DNA of 62,903 bases, filler included, from Chiloscyllium plagiosum (Eukaryota), in NCBI RefSeq assembly GCF_004010195.1. It is 4 parts of one record of this genome, joined end to end, with 100 filler letters (N's around TTAATTAATTAA, not from the genome) between each part and the next. Parts side by side here need not be neighbours in the genome. Positions count along the whole stretch, not along the records: positions 1 to 26,845 come from NC_057711.1; 3 more parts are not named here. The stretch is one strand, 5' to 3'. Below the pieces are notes generated by a model, which worked only from the letters and a program-made list of their open reading frames with translations, was not told the DNA's origin and did no database searches. Below, piece after piece: positions 12,804 to 24,809 of this stretch. Every line of letters starts with the position of its first letter. The first letter of the stretch is position 1. The position numbers and the translations under genes were made by a program.

Positions 12804-13034
12804 CTGTCTCACAGACTAATCAAGCAACAGCCTATATTCACAGAACCATACCTGGCAGACAATGCACCAAGCACCACCATCACCATCCCTGGATATATCC
12901 TGTCCCACCAACAGGATAGACCCAGCAGAGGTGGTGGCACAGTGGTATCCAGTCAGGAGGGAGCTGCTGTGGAACTCCTCAACAATTACTCCAGACTCTA
13001 TAAAGTCTCATGGCTTCAGATTAAACATTGTTAG

Positions 13035-13142
13035 AGACAAAACAAAACTGCAGATGCTGGAATCCAAAGTGGACAGGCGGACGTCTCTACCTCCTGATGC
13101 TGCCTGCCTTACTGTGTTCTTCCAGCCTCCTGCCTGTCTACT
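13035..13142. mobile_element. miniature fold-back Penelope-type insertion
   Basis: ctgcagatgctgg end plus inverted gatgctgcctg part; imperfect TSD cagattaaacattg/caggttaaacatcg. Confidence 0.6.
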
Positions 13143-13389
13143 CAGGTTAAACATCGGCAAGGATTACCATAAACCTTCCTCCCTCAGCTGATGTATCAGT
13201 AGTCTTCCATGTTAAGGAACACGTGGGGGAATTCAAGATGGCAGCGACCTAAATAGATCAGCCTTGCTGAGTTCTGCACCCCAACCCAGAGTAGTAATTT
13301 TTTTTTAACCTCCCACCTTAATTTTAGTTGGAAACAGTTATTGTTAAATGGTAGTACAACCATTTAAATCCTTTATCGTGCATGCGAGA

Positions 13390-14230
13390 ATGACTAAGGG
13401 GAAGCAAACGGCCAAGTCTCAACACTTGGGACACTCAAAGACATCAGGCAGGCCCGAGACTGCAACTTGGGAAGCAGCTGCAGCCTCCTCTGCAGCGGTG
13501 AAAGAAATGCCTACACAGCAGAACATCATGGAGGAACATGGAGCAATCCGACAGCTGATCCAGGAGATGAGGGAAGAGACTCATAATCAACTGGAGCCCA
13601 TCTCAACCATGCTGCAAAAGCATGAGAAGGAGTTGGAAGGGCTCGGGAAGTGAGTTGAAGAGGTTGAGCGGCGGACCGCAGCATCGGAGACCGAGGTCGG
13701 GTCCTTGGCTGGCAGATCCAGGGCCTTGAGAAACTGGTTCAGGCCCTGACTGAGCAAGTCGATGACCTGGAAAAAAAAAATAGGTGGGAGAAAGAATATC
13801 CAGGTCATTGGCCTGCCGGAGGGAGTAGAAGGTGGGCAGTCAGCAAGTTTTTTTGAAGACTGGCTGCCACACTTTCTCGGCTGTGATGCCAAGGTGGACC
13901 GGGTGAAGGTTGACAGGGTACCCGCCAGTTCTGATACGATTTCAATGCTACAGGGACAAGCAAAGGATCATGGAAACTTCTAGAAGGTTGGAGAGATCTG
14001 CAGGCCCTGACCTATCAGGGAACTAAGATAATGTTTTTTCAGAACTTTTCTGCAGCAGTGATCCTTAAGAGGAAATCGTTTGATGAGGTTAAGAGAAGGC
14101 ATAAAGGATCTCAGTATTCAATATTCGATGAGAGACCCAGTGGTGCTTCGTATTACTTATGAAGGAGAAGACTGTGCGGTTGTTTGATTCCTTGGAGCAA
14201 GCCAAAAACTTCTTGGACACTTTAACATAA
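13390..14230 (+). pseudogene. L1 ORF1 (Transposase_22-like), disrupted
   Basis: Coiled coil, then NIQVIGLPEGVEG, LTYQGTKIMFFQNFSAAV..KRKSFDEVK, with stops and frameshifts. Confidence 0.8.
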
Positions 14231-14669
14231 TGTAGATGTATTTATAGTCATGGACAATAGTGTTTGGTTTTTTTTGGTCTTGCTTTTATTTCTTGTACTT
14301 TCAGTCTTTTCTCAAAGAAGTAGTTGTTGGTGGGTTTTTTTTCTCTCCAAGCTGGAGTGGTATTGATATATTGTGGGGGGTGGGCAAAGTGCTCACTGTT
14401 TTTGTTGTACCTTTGCTGGGTTTCGTCCATTGCTTGGGTTTGGGGTGCAGCTCGAGCTGGAAGGGGGTGGGTTGGACGTGTATGTGGGAAATGCAAATGC
14501 CCTCTGTGGACAGTGGGTAGAGTCTCCCATTAAGTGCCTTTTGTGTTTTGTAGTTAGTTTTTTTTTATAAATAGACTCTAGGAGTCTCCTTTTGAGTATG
14601 CTCAGCATGCTGCAAGACAAATTCCTCCTCTTAGCAGGTCAAAGGTGATTGGAAAGGATCATAGTTAGC

Positions 14670-16010
14670 AGCATTCTTAAATGGTGCATCTGGAATATCA
14701 GAGGGATTCATTCGCCAGTTACAGGAACTGTTGTTGAGTCTTAGAAAGCAGAGGGTGGATGTTGCCCTGTTACAGGAGACTCCTCTTAAATGTCAAGGAA
14801 CACTTGAAGTTGCAGCAGGGTGAGTTTGATTGGGTGTTTTTGTCATCTTTTAGTACAAGGAGCAGAGGAGTGGCAATTCTCATCTGGAATGGTCTCCCAT
14901 TTAATTTAATAGATTGTGTTAGAGTATGATTGGTTTGTTATTCTCGAGGCCGTTATACATGGCGAGGAATATGGTATTTTGAATGTCTACTGTCCTCCGG
15001 CTCACCCTCTTAAATTTCTGACTGATGCAGTAAGCTGATAGCCTTGGCGTTGTGGCATATTATTATAGGAGGGAGCTTTAATTGCCTTATGGATCCTATG
15101 CTGGATATCCAAAGGACCCCCAAAGCTTTCTTCGCAATCAGGGCAGTTGGGTGACCTATGCTTGGAACTGGGGTTGGTGGACGTCTGGAGACGTTTACAC
15201 CCCACAGGCAGGGATTTTATGTTGTTTTCCAATCCACACAAAAGGCCACACAAGGATTGATTATTTCCTAACTCCTGCGGCTTTATTAGATTTGGTGGTA
15301 TCCTGTTAAATTGAGAATATTGCCATTTCTGATCATGCAGCGGTGTATTTAATGGTTAAGATTAAGGATGATGCAATGGGCTCACGGTACTGGTGAATGG
15401 ATCCCATCTTCCTCAAGGATAGCAAGTTTGTAGAAGACTTCTCCAGGGAATTTGAAGCTTTTTTGGCCACCGACTCAGGTACAGCTAGTAATCCGTCCAT
15501 TCTTTAGGAGACTGCTAAGGCCTATGCTAGAGGGATAATTATCTCATACTCTGACAGCCAGAAGCAACAGAGGGGAGAGCAGCAGCATCTGCTTGAGGCA
15601 TGACTGAAGGCAGCAGCAACGAATTATTACAGTAGACTGTCGATGGCTAAACTACAATGGATTACAGCTCTCTGGTCTACCTTAAACTTCATGCTAACGC
15701 ATACAGCAAGGGCTGTTTGAGCATGATGACAGGCCGGGTAAATACTTGGTCAGGAAGAAGATTGCCTCCCAGTCTATTGATTCTATTAGGGAAGGGAATG
15801 GGACTCTTACTTAGGATGCTAAAAAGATCAATGAGGCGTTTTGGAGGTTTTACTCTGAACCTTATCAGTCTGAATGCAGCGAGGACAGATGGGATAAGAT
15901 GGGAGTATTCTTTTTTAGGAATTTGGATCTTCCTAATGTGCCTGCAGAGCAGGTGTCTCTCCTTAATGCTCCGTTAACTGGAAAAGAGATAGGAGGAAGC
16001 GGTGAGGCAA
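14670..16010 (+). pseudogene. L1 ORF2 APE endonuclease and linker, disrupted
   Basis: WNIRGI, VALLQET, RGVAILI, ILNVYCP, VDVWRRLHP, TRIDYFL, ISDHAAV. Confidence 0.85.
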
Positions 16011-17852
16011 ATTCATCTCCCTTAGATGTATATGGGGAAAAAGCTTTTTAGCATCCTCACTTTTGTGCGAAGAGGAACATACTGATGTGCTGGGTGTCTA
16101 AGAAGCTCCCAGCACTGTCGGGGTTATGGAACACATTCCTTTAGACTTTCTTGCAAACATGGTGCACCAGAAAACAGACTTTTTTTTTAAATCAGACATA
16201 GCAGCTCTTTTTGAATTATTTGTGAGCAGATCTGTCCGCCATTTTAATTAGGGCTTTGTCTAGCCATGGTGGTTTGGTTTAATAAGCCTAATGTCCTGAG
16301 AGGAAACATTTTGAGCAAACGTGGGTTTAATAATTGATGCTCTCGAAGGTTAAGAGCTGAGGTCTTGTTACACAGAGTGGCGTTATTTATTTATTGATGT
16401 GTCATGAGTGTAGTTGTGAGATCTTTTGTAGAGTAGTATAGTCGTTGGTTTATTGTTATTTGCTGTTGTTTTTGTTGTTATGATGTTACATACTCATATT
16501 TTTGTAATTTTTAAAGGATTTTTTTTCAATAAAAATATTTTTTTGAACAGTAACACTTGGAGGAAGCATTCAGGGTAGCAAAAGCACAAAATATATTGAG
16601 TGGGGGATTTCAGTGTCATCCTCAGAGAGTCGCTTGGTAGCAGTACTACAGATTGAGCTGGTTGGTTCCTAAAGACAGCGAGACTGCGTCTAGGTGAGCA
16701 AAAAGTATACTTGATTTCATCTTTACCAATCTGCCTGCTGCAGTTGCACCTGTCCATGACCACTATACAGTCCTTGTGGAGATAAAGTCCCACCTTCACA
16801 CTGAGAATGCCCTACATTGTACTGTCTGGCACTATCACTGTATTAAATGGGACAGACTTCAAACAGATCTAGCAAATCAAGACTGGGCATCCACAAGGTT
16901 TTGTGGACCATTAACAGCAGCAAAATTGTACAATCTGCAACCTCATGGCCCAGTATATCCTTCAAGGGATTAACCCTGGTTCAATAGGGTGCAAGAGGGC
17001 ATGCCAGGAGCAGTTCCAGGAATACCTTAAAAGGGGAGGTGTAAGCCTAGTGAAGCTACCAAACAGCATAAGCCGCAAGTGATAAAATAGAGCTGAGCAA
17101 ACTCACAACCAGGGGATCAGATCGAAGGTCAGCAGTCCTGAATGGTGGCAGACAATTAAACAACTCAGTGGAGGGTAAGGCTCAACAATTATCTCCAACT
17201 TCAATGATGGAAGAGCCCAACTCATCAGTGCAAAAGATAATGCTGAAGCATTTGCAACAATCTTTAGCCAGAAGTGCCATGTGGATGATCCATCTTGGTC
17301 TCCTCCAGTGGTCCCCAATATTACAGATGCCAGTCTTCAGCCAATTCAATTCACTTCACTTCAAATGATATCAAGAAATGGTTGGAGGCACTAGATACTA
17401 CAAAAGCTATGGGCCCTGACAACTCTCGGACAATTGTACTGAAAACTTGTGCTCCAAAACTTTTCATCCCCCTAGCCAAGTTGTTCAAGTACAGTTACAA
17501 TATTGGCATCTACCTGACAATGTGGAAGATTGTGCAGGTATGTCTTGTACACTCAGTCAATGAGCAGTCCAATCTCCTCTTGATCACCAGTAAAGTGATG
17601 GAAAGTGTCATCACTAGCGCCATCATGCAGTACCTGCTCAGCAATGGAGAGTTTGGGTTCTGCCAGGGCCACTCAGCTCCAGACCTCATTACAGCCTTGG
17701 TTCAAACATGGACAAAGAGCGGAATTCCATAGGTAAGGAGAGAGTGACAACACTTGACATCAAGGTCATATCCAACTGAGTGTGGCATTAGGAAGCCCTA
17801 GCAAAACTTCAATGGATATCAGAGTACTCTGTCTCTGCTGATTGGAGCCATA

Positions 17853-18771
17853 CAGCCCATCGAGTCCACACTGACCCTTCGAAGACCATTCCCCCTCCCA
17901 TTTCCCCAAACCCTATCCCTGCAGTTCCCATGGCTAACTCACCCAACATGCACATCCCTGGACACTATGGGGTAATTTAGCATTGAGAAAGTGAGGACTG
18001 CAGATGCTGTAGACCAGAGTTGAAAATTGTGGTGTTGGAAAAGCGCAGCAGTCCAGGCAGCATCCGAGGAGCAGGAGAATCGACGTTTCGGGCATAAGCC
18101 CTTCTTCAGGAATGACGCTGGTGTACTAAGCGGGCTGAGACAAAAGGTGGGGAGGGGGGGGCGCTGGGAATGCAATAGGTGGAAGGAGGTGAGGGTGAGG
18201 GTGAGGGTGATAGACCGGAGAGGTAGGGAAGAAGATTGCAGGTCAAGAGGGCGGTGCTGAATCTAGGGGTTGGGACTGAGATAAGTTGGGGGAGAGGGGA
18301 AATGAGGAAGTTGGAGAAATCTACATTCATCCCGTGTGGTTGGAGGGTTCCTAGGCGGAAGATGAGGCACTCTTCCTCCAGGTGTCATGTGGCCAGGGTC
18401 TGGCGATGGAGGCGGCCAAGGACCTGCATGTCGTTGGGTGGGAGGGGGAGTTAAAGTGTTCAGCCACGGGGCGGTTGGGTTGATTGGTGAGGGTGTTCCA
18501 GAGGTGTTCCCTGAAATGTTCCGCAAGTAGGCGGCCTGTCTCCCCAATGTACAGGAGTCCCAGAGGCGTTCCCTGAAACACAATTCAGCATGGCCAATCC
18601 ATCTAACCTGCACATCTTTGGACTGTGGGAGGAAACTGGAGCACCCAGGGGAAACCCACACAGCCACAGGGAGAATATGCAAACTCCACACAGTCACCGG
18701 AGTGTGGAATCAAACTCGGGTCGCAGGCACCGTGAGGCAGTAGTGCTAACCACTGAGCCACCATGCTGCCC
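17853..18771 (-). mobile_element. HE1-type V-SINE split by a Penelope insertion
   Basis: Reverse complement of the HE1 sequence at 35970; the halves join at aatt(t/c)agcat. Confidence 0.85.
17984..18581 (-). mobile_element. Penelope-like element 3' part (GIY-YIG fragment and pLTR)
   Basis: ORF 18351-18581 LLYIGETGRLLAEHFREH; about 10-bp TSD aatttagcat/aattcagcat. Confidence 0.85.
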
Positions 18772-19645
18772 TTAGGTCACTATGGTATCATTGTCATTTT
18801 TGCACTCTATTTCATATGGGTTTGTATCTTAGTACTAAGTTAAATAATTAAGACTTTGGTCTATAAATTAGACCTGACATGATTTGAATTGAATTACTTC
18901 ACATTGCATTTGTCACATGAGGCAGCAGATTGTACAACTGCCCACTTAGTTTAGTGCCAGTGAACTGCAAGTGCCAGTTGCTGCCATAAGGCAGCTAAAT
19001 TGGCTGGTTGGTATGCCCTCACATATGGGGAAGATGGTTGTCGTTGTTGGAGTGCAGGCATTTCAACTCCAGGACATCTCTGCAGGAGTTCCTCAGAGCA
19101 GTGTCCTAGGCCCAAACATCTTCAGTTGCTCCATCAATCATTTTCCTTCCATGATAAAGTTAGAAGTGGGGATGTTTGTCAACAATTGCACAATGTTCAG
19201 TACCATGCCCGAACCATTACACGCTGAAGCAGTCAATGTTTAAATGGGCTGACAAGTGACAAGTAACACACACACACACACCACAAAAATGCCAGACAAT
19301 GACCATCGCCAATAAGAGGCAATCTAACCACTGCCCTTTGACATTCAATGGTGTTACCATCACTGAATCCTGCTATTAATATCCTTGGATATGCCATTGA
19401 TCAGAAAATCAACTGGACTGAGCAACACTGCAAGTAACTCACCTCCTGACTCCCCAAAGCCTGTCCACCATCTACAAGGCATAGGTCAGGAGTGTGGGGG
19501 AATACTCCCCACTTGCCTGGATGGGTGCAGCTCCAACAACACAAGAAGCTTGAAACTATTCAGGACAAAGCAGCCTGTTTTTATAGGTACCACATCCACC
19601 CACCACTGATGCTCAGTAGCAACAGTGCGTACTATCTACAAGATA

Positions 19646-20120
19646 GACAATAGATGATAGGTGCAGGAGTAGGGCATTCTGCCCTTCGAGCCAGCACCAC
19701 CATTCATGATGATCATGGCTGATCATCCTCAATCATTATCCTGTTCCTGCCTTATCTCCATAACTCTTGATTCCACTATCCTTAAGAGCTCTATCCAACT
19801 CTTTCTTGAAAGTATCCAGAGACTTGGCCTCCACAGCCTTCTGGGGCAGAGCATTCCATACACCCACCACTCTCTGGGTGAAGAAGTTTCTCCTCAACTC
19901 TGTTCTAAGTGGCCTACTCTTTATTTTTAAACTGTCCTCTGGTTCAGGACTCACTCATCATCGGAAACATGTTTTCTGCCTCCAGAGTGTCCAATCCTTT
20001 AATAATCGTATATGTCTCAATCAGATCCCCTCTCAGCCTTCTAAATTCAAGTGTATACAAGCCCAGTCACTCCAATCTTTCAGTGTAAGATAGTCCCGCC
20101 ATTCCGGGAATTGATCTCGT
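19646..20120 (-). mobile_element. CR1 LINE 3' end
   Basis: LRTELRRNFFTQRVVGVWNALP...FKKELDR. Confidence 0.9.
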
Positions 20121-20172
20121 CAAAATTTAGAAATTCCCTCCCTTAGGACATTGTGGGTCAACCCACAGCATG

Positions 20173-20303
20173 TAGATTCACACAGAAAGAATGCATTTGC
20201 AAGTTCCTGACATTTTGATGTTGTGACGACTTGGGCAGGAGAAGGTATCAAGGGTGCTATGTTGGCACATAATATGCCAAATAGTGTTCTATCTGAATGT
20301 GAC
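20173..20303 (+). repeat. about 130-bp direct duplicate of 21614-21742
   Basis: tagattcacacagaaagaatgca...ggcacataatatgccaaatagtgttctatc occurs twice. Confidence 0.9.
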
Positions 20304-21879
20304 AGTTCAAGAAAGCAGTTCACTACCACCTTCTCAAGGGCAACTAGGGACAAGCAGTAAATGCTGGCCAGCCAGCAACACCAATGTTTCATGAATGAAA
20401 AAAATTACTCAACCTCCATATCAAACAGAACATTTGAGTGCAACATCCAACTGATGGCACATGAAATTCAGCAGAAATCATTAGAATATGCTGAGAAGCA
20501 AGACTGCATCAAGTACAAACATCAAATGGCATGACAGAGCAATGAAAGAGATGCCAAATCAGAATCTAATGTGGCACAAATATTATTGACCATTTATCAG
20601 CCAAAGCTTTATTGATGCCAATGTCTTCTTGTATATGGGAACAGACTCCTTCATATCTTACCAAGTTGAGAATGGAACTGCACACAAATCATCAAACATC
20701 CCCAACTCTGAACTCACGTTGGAGAAAAAGTAATTGATAATACAGCTGAAGATGGTTGGGCCTAGCATACGGTCCATCATATGGCCTCCAACAAACAGAA
20801 CCTTCTCTCTTTTCAAAGTATGACTCCAACCAAAGTAAAGATCCTCCACCCATGATTCACTTTGGTTTCCCCTTTTCCTCTTCCATGCCATGTGGCAGAC
20901 ATTCACTTGCTCATCTTACAATTACTCAATCACACAGCTGGCAGGGATAAAATAATTGCAGCACGTTACATGCAAAAGACCACAGGAGGGAGCTCCCCAA
21001 ACTCAGTAGTTCACCCTTATCAAGGCAGCTCATGAAGAGCCTTGCTAAAGAGAATAGTTCTCCTCATGCAGAGAATAGCTGTTGCTGTAATAAGTGTTGA
21101 GGTCAACAGAACTGTGCCAGCACCAGATTTCAGACAGATTTCCCACATTGTTGGCCTGAAAATCGAGCAAAGCCCATTACAGGTACAAACTCCAATACTT
21201 GTTGTCTTCCTAGCCCCAGGGGATGATGTATATCCATTATTGTTTTATTTTCCTCCCCTGATAATTTATCAAAGTAGTGAGGATTATAAGGAGAAGAAAT
21301 TGCTAGAGTTACAGCTACATGATACTGACTTCTTTCAGAACACCAGTATATTTCACACAGTGCCACATAGAGAAGAGACCGAGATACTAAATAGTAACAT
21401 GCAATGTGACACAGACCCCTACCCCCCTCCCTCACCCCAGTTACTTAAGTCTTAGAAACAGCAAAATAACCTTCCACAAGCCTGACACTTGGATGACACC
21501 TATGAAAGATTTTTTAAAATTGCATCTGAAAGCTTAAAAAAGTAGTGTGAAAAGAAGTAGGTGGATTTTGTGCACTTTGAAACGCATTACTGTTTTGTTT
21601 TCCCTGTGAAGGTTAGATTCACACAGAAAGAATGCACTTGCATGCTCCTGACATTTTGATGTTGTCATGATTTGGGCAGGAGAAGTTATCATGGGTGCTA
21701 TTTTGGCACATAATATGCCAAATAGTGTTCTATCCAAATGACTTTTATTAGCAAGGAGTAGCTAGAAAGAAGCAACACAGGCATATGAGCATGGAATACA
21801 AGAGCTTGTCCATTAGGAATGCCATAACTTACGTAGGGGAGGTTAAAGAAATCTGCGAGGTCTCAAAAGGAATTGTACT

Positions 21880-22215
21880 TATTCATTCATGGGACTAAAA
21901 TATTGCAGGCAATTTGTTGCCAGATTTAATCCTCCTTGAACTGAGTGGCTTAAATAGGCCATTTTAAAAGACAGGTGGTTCAACTACCTTGCTATGTGTT
22001 TGGAGTATAGCGTAGGCCCGACTTGGCAAGGATGGCAATGAATCAGAGGTTTTTGTTTACAATAATCGGTGATTGTTTTATGGTCACCATTACTGTGACA
22101 AACTTTCAATTTCAGATTTTTTTTAAAAATTGAATTTAAACTCCCCAGCTGCCATTCTGCATCAGCCCAGACTTCTGGATTATTACATCAGTAACATTAC
22201 CCTCTGCCAATGTTT
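21880..22215 (-). mobile_element. tRNA-derived SINE (head, body and tail of the 12153 LINE)
   Basis: Reverse complement runs head...ggcctatttaagccactcag|ttcaagg...cccatgaatgaat. Confidence 0.65.
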
Positions 22216-22749
22216 CCCCATTGAGAACTCAGTGCAAACTCAACAAAATCAAACAAGAACTTAAAGTGTTAAAATTATTGGGTTTGCATGTCCTGTTGTG
22301 GGGTGGTCTAATCAGTGGCCTTAAAACGTTAAAAGAATTCAATAGTGCGATAGGAAAAAAAGGCTTTCCTCGTGACAAGCTGAGAAAGCTAAAAATCTGA
22401 GGAGTGAAAATCAAAAAATATTTTTTCAAAGCACAATGGAAATCTGGACTGAGTCTCAAAAAAGGCTGTATTGTATGAGGCATGACTTCTCCAATCATGC
22501 AAGCAGACTGGTGACTGAATGTAAACAAGACAGTGCGGCCTCAAAGTGCATTATAGAACAGCTCCATAAGCACCAGAAAATTTGATGATAGCCTTTTAAA
22601 AAGTCCACCAGTTCTAGAAATGGCTTCCATACAAGTTTGAAAAAAATTACTTTTGCTATTTGTGCTAAAATGTCAAAGATTAACTATTCCATACTGCTCA
22701 AATTCCAAACCCCCCACCAAAATGATCTACATCAGTGTTAGGAACACAC

Positions 22750-23940
22750 GAACATTAGTACAAGAGTAGGCTAATCAACCGATAAAGCACTGTCATTCAA
22801 TATAATAATGACTGATTGAATCAGTTGTTGTTGCGTCACCATAGTCTTACCAGACCATAGGGGCTGCTCTCTCATTAGAAAGAGAAGCGACTGGTGGTGA
22901 TTTAACCTGAGGGTCACAAGACCTCAGGCAAGAGAAGAGATTGAGTGTCCTTCATGGTAACCTCAAACCAGTGATGGGAATTGAACCCATGCTGTTGGCA
23001 TCATACTGCTTCCCAGAGTATCGAATACCTTGATGCCTTTTAGTTACCATATCTTCTCAACTCTGCACATCACTAGTAATCAGAAATTTATCACTTTCTA
23101 ACTTAAACACATTCAAAGACTGAGACTCAAAGTTTCTATGGTAGAGAATTTCAAAGGTTCACAAGCCTCCAAGCAAACTAATTTATTCTCATTTTGGACT
23201 GAAGTGGCACCCCATTATTTTCAAACTATGCCCATTGGTTTTAGACTCCATCTAGGGAAACATCTTGCCTTGTGTCTATGGTGCCTATACCTTTAAGCAT
23301 TTTACAGGTTTCAGTGGGATCACCTTTCATTCTTCGAAACGCTAAAGGATACCAGGTCCAGTTTACCCAATCTCTCTTCATTGGACAGTCCACTATCTCA
23401 GAACAAGTCTGATGAAACATTATTATACTCGCTTTATGGCAAAATATCGTTCCTGAGATAAGGATACCAAAACTGCACTCCAGGTGTAGTCTAACCAAGC
23501 TCCTATAAAACTGAAACAAGATTTCACCACCCTGTGTTAAAATCCTCTTGCAATAAAGGCTAACATTCCATTAATCTTCATAATACCTTGCTGTATTTGC
23601 ACATTAGCCTTCAGTAACTTATTAACAAGGATTTCTGGGTCCTTTGTTTAGCAATACTTTTAAATCTCTTACTATTTAAGAAATACTCTGCACATCCGCT
23701 TCTCCTACCAATTTTAATAACCTCACATATCACATTATATTGCATATGCCATGTTTTTGCCCATTCAGTAAGCCTACCCAAGTACTCCAGGAAATATTTT
23801 ACATTTTCCTCTCAATTCACATTCCCACTTAGCTTTGTAATATCAGCAAATTTGGAAATATTACATTTGGTTCCAACTCCAAATCACTGAATGGGCTCCA
23901 GCTGTTCACAAATACTGATTCTTGTGGTAGCCCACTAATC
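22750..23940 (-). mobile_element. old CR1 LINE 3' part, with a tRNA-SINE inserted at about 22830-23012
   Basis: FYRSLVRLHLEC, RRMKGD motifs; minus-strand B-box GGGTTCAATTCCC near 22976-22988. Confidence 0.7.
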
Positions 23941-23959
23941 ACAGGTTATCAACGTTACG

Positions 23960-24735
23960 TAGTCTACAATGACTTCAGAAAGGCATTTTACAAGGTGAAG
24001 GTGGAAAAGTGTGAGGTGATGTATTTTGAGAAGATTAAGAAGGCATGGGAGTAGATGTTGGGTGGTAGGACCATTGGGAGTATGGAGGAAAGAGGCCTTG
24101 ATGTGTATCTTCGTAGATACTTGCAAGCAGCAAGACAGGTAGATAATGTGGTTAAAACAGCATATGGGATTACTTGCCTTTACTAATCCAGGCATTGAAT
24201 AAAAGTACAAAGAGACTATGATAGAGTTTTATGCTATGTTAGTTAGGCCACAGCTGGAAGATTATATGCAGTTCTGGTCACTATACTATAGGAAGGATGT
24301 GCTTGCTTTAGAAAGTGTGCAGAGGAAATTCACCAGGATGATGCCTGGGCTGGAGCAGCTTTAAAGACAGACTAGATAGGCTGTTGTTTGCCCTGGAGCA
24401 GAGAGTGGAGGTGTATCATTTTCTGAGTGGTGTAGATAAGGAAAAACATTTCCCTGAGTAGAGAGGTCAGTTACGAAGGGGCATAGTTTTAAAGTATGGA
24501 GTACAAGATTTAGAGTGGATTTAGAAAAATTTTGTTTTCACTCAGAGGGTAGTGTGTGGCTGGAACTTACTCTCTGAAAGAAGTGGGAACCCTCAAGACA
24601 TCAAAGAACTATTTAAATGAACACTTGAAACCAAAGCATAAATGAAAACAACCAAGCAGTAGAAAATGGAATGAGTGTTTGATATCTGAAGTGGAGACAA
24701 TGGAGGGGCCTTTTCTACGCAATAAAAACTCTATC
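23960..24735 (+). mobile_element. old CR1 LINE 3' part
   Basis: DFRKAF, LVRPQLEDYMQFWS..YRKDV, FTQRVV remnants. Confidence 0.75.
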
Positions 24736-24809
24736 TACTGACTGAACTGGTCGAATCTTAAACTGCTCAACTGTACTTGTGAGAGGTGGTGAGGGAAACA
24801 CTAAGACAG

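Larger units (their letters stand above)
13225..16544 (+). mobile_element. L1-clade LINE, internally deleted (ORF1 and EN retained, RT missing)
   Basis: 5' GGGGGAATTCAAGATGGC; L1 ORF1 and EN remnants; GT-rich 3' UTR; AATAAA at 16528-16533. Confidence 0.85.
12153..20405 (+). mobile_element. near full-length degenerate CR1-group LINE with tRNA-like head and a single EN+RT ORF, interrupted by several insertions
   Basis: Head at 12153-12422. EN motifs TNIQGLVPKL, TEPYL...IPGY...DRPSRGGG, VGDF, LDFIFT, DH. RT motifs AMGPDN, FGFCQGHSAPDL, LDIK, GVPQSSVLGP. Tail ending atgaatgaaaaaaa at about 20404. Confidence 0.75.

Noticed and set aside
20420..21500. 137-aa ORF at 21042 or a Myb-like fossil (KTTGGSSP)
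   Set aside because: Non-ATG start, no recognisable domain, similarity too weak to support.
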